Positions 63,132 through 64,000 of a stretch of DNA of 64,000 bases are shown piece by piece. The stretch's first letter is position 1, and each line of letters starts with the position of its first letter. Both the position numbers and the translations under genes were made by a program. Origin of the DNA: Macrostomum lignano (lineage: Eukaryota); contig NIVC01000575.1 in assembly GCA_002269645.1 (NCBI GenBank), forward strand, positions 186,001-250,000, written 5' to 3'. Below the pieces are notes generated by a model. That model was not told the origin of the DNA. It saw only the letters and a list, made by a program, of their open reading frames with translations, and did no database searches.

Positions 63132-64000
63132 CTGTTTGGGTTATCAGATGGGAATGAACATTATTTAATTAGTATAAATAGACTATGCACTTGTTTGGGT
63201 GCAGATTTCATATTTGCAGAACTCCCAGTTTATCCCCATCAATTAGGAAATATTTTGGATCAATCATTTATTTACTCTGACTTGTTTACTATAGTTGGTT
63301 AATAGGATAATTATGTAGAAGCAAGATTCCATGCATATAACAGTGTTTTTGGAGAATGGCAAGTGCGATTTGGGATTAACTCCCCTTTTTAGAGTAAAAA
63401 GGCTTTATTTTACAGGGCTTAGCAGAAATTTTCTGGGTGACTTGAAGGATCACTGGTTTTCAAAGGTACACAACTTGTACTTGTAAACTTGAAGACTTTA
63501 GACTAGCAGTGGTAGTAGTAATAGTAGTACTAGTAGTAGTAATATTAAGTGGCTTAGGCAAAAAAGCCTATTTAGACAAAGCAATATAAAAATCTATTTT
63601 GTTTACTAAATATTTGTAAATGCAAGTTCAGAGTTAGAGATGCAGATTTCCTATGATTTTATATGATGGCTTAAATTTGAGGTTATGCAAAGTTAGGATT
63701 ATTTGATCTATTATATAAATAGATCAAGTATTGCACATCATAGTTCAAAAGGTGGCTAGTTTTCTTAAAGTTTTTTTAGCAAAGAAAAGCAAAATTTTGG
63801 TAATTTTTTGGGCTTGCATTGGCTTTTGCTAGAAAGCATAATTGACTAGCAAGCTACATTAGTATCTCAGGAAAAATATTTTGTTAAAAATATAATTAGA
63901 ATTAGTATTGCAATGCAAAAAATCACATTTAAAAAAATAGGAATAAGTTATATAAATATAAAAGATTTTTTTGTTTTTTTCAGAAATGTCAACTTAAATT

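Overview
Eukaryotic (animal) genomic DNA, not prokaryotic. It carries three spliced housekeeping genes with GT-AG introns: a Ca2+/calmodulin-dependent phosphodiesterase PDE1 (+, 12 exons traced, 18478-41665, 5' end not found), a hexokinase (-, 5 exons, 44320-49125) and electron transfer flavoprotein alpha ETFA (-, 3 exons traced, 61137-63131, first exon not found). Mobile DNA includes a degenerate Loa/Lian-type LINE running off the left edge, an internally deleted RTE-type LINE fragment, a tRNA-headed SINE candidate, three MITE-like elements and a Crypton-like DUF3504 tyrosine-recombinase element nested in PDE1 intron 10. About 40% of the window is micro/minisatellite, and almost every intron holds its own array. 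GC-rich exons plus this repeat load resemble the flatworm Macrostomum, but that is inference only. Nearly all long ORFs in the ORF track are repeat artefacts. The best leads are the Crypton-like recombinase with two non-canonical catalytic residues and structured ends, and the intron-by-intron private minisatellites with shared cores. No database searches were run; family assignments come from recalled motifs.
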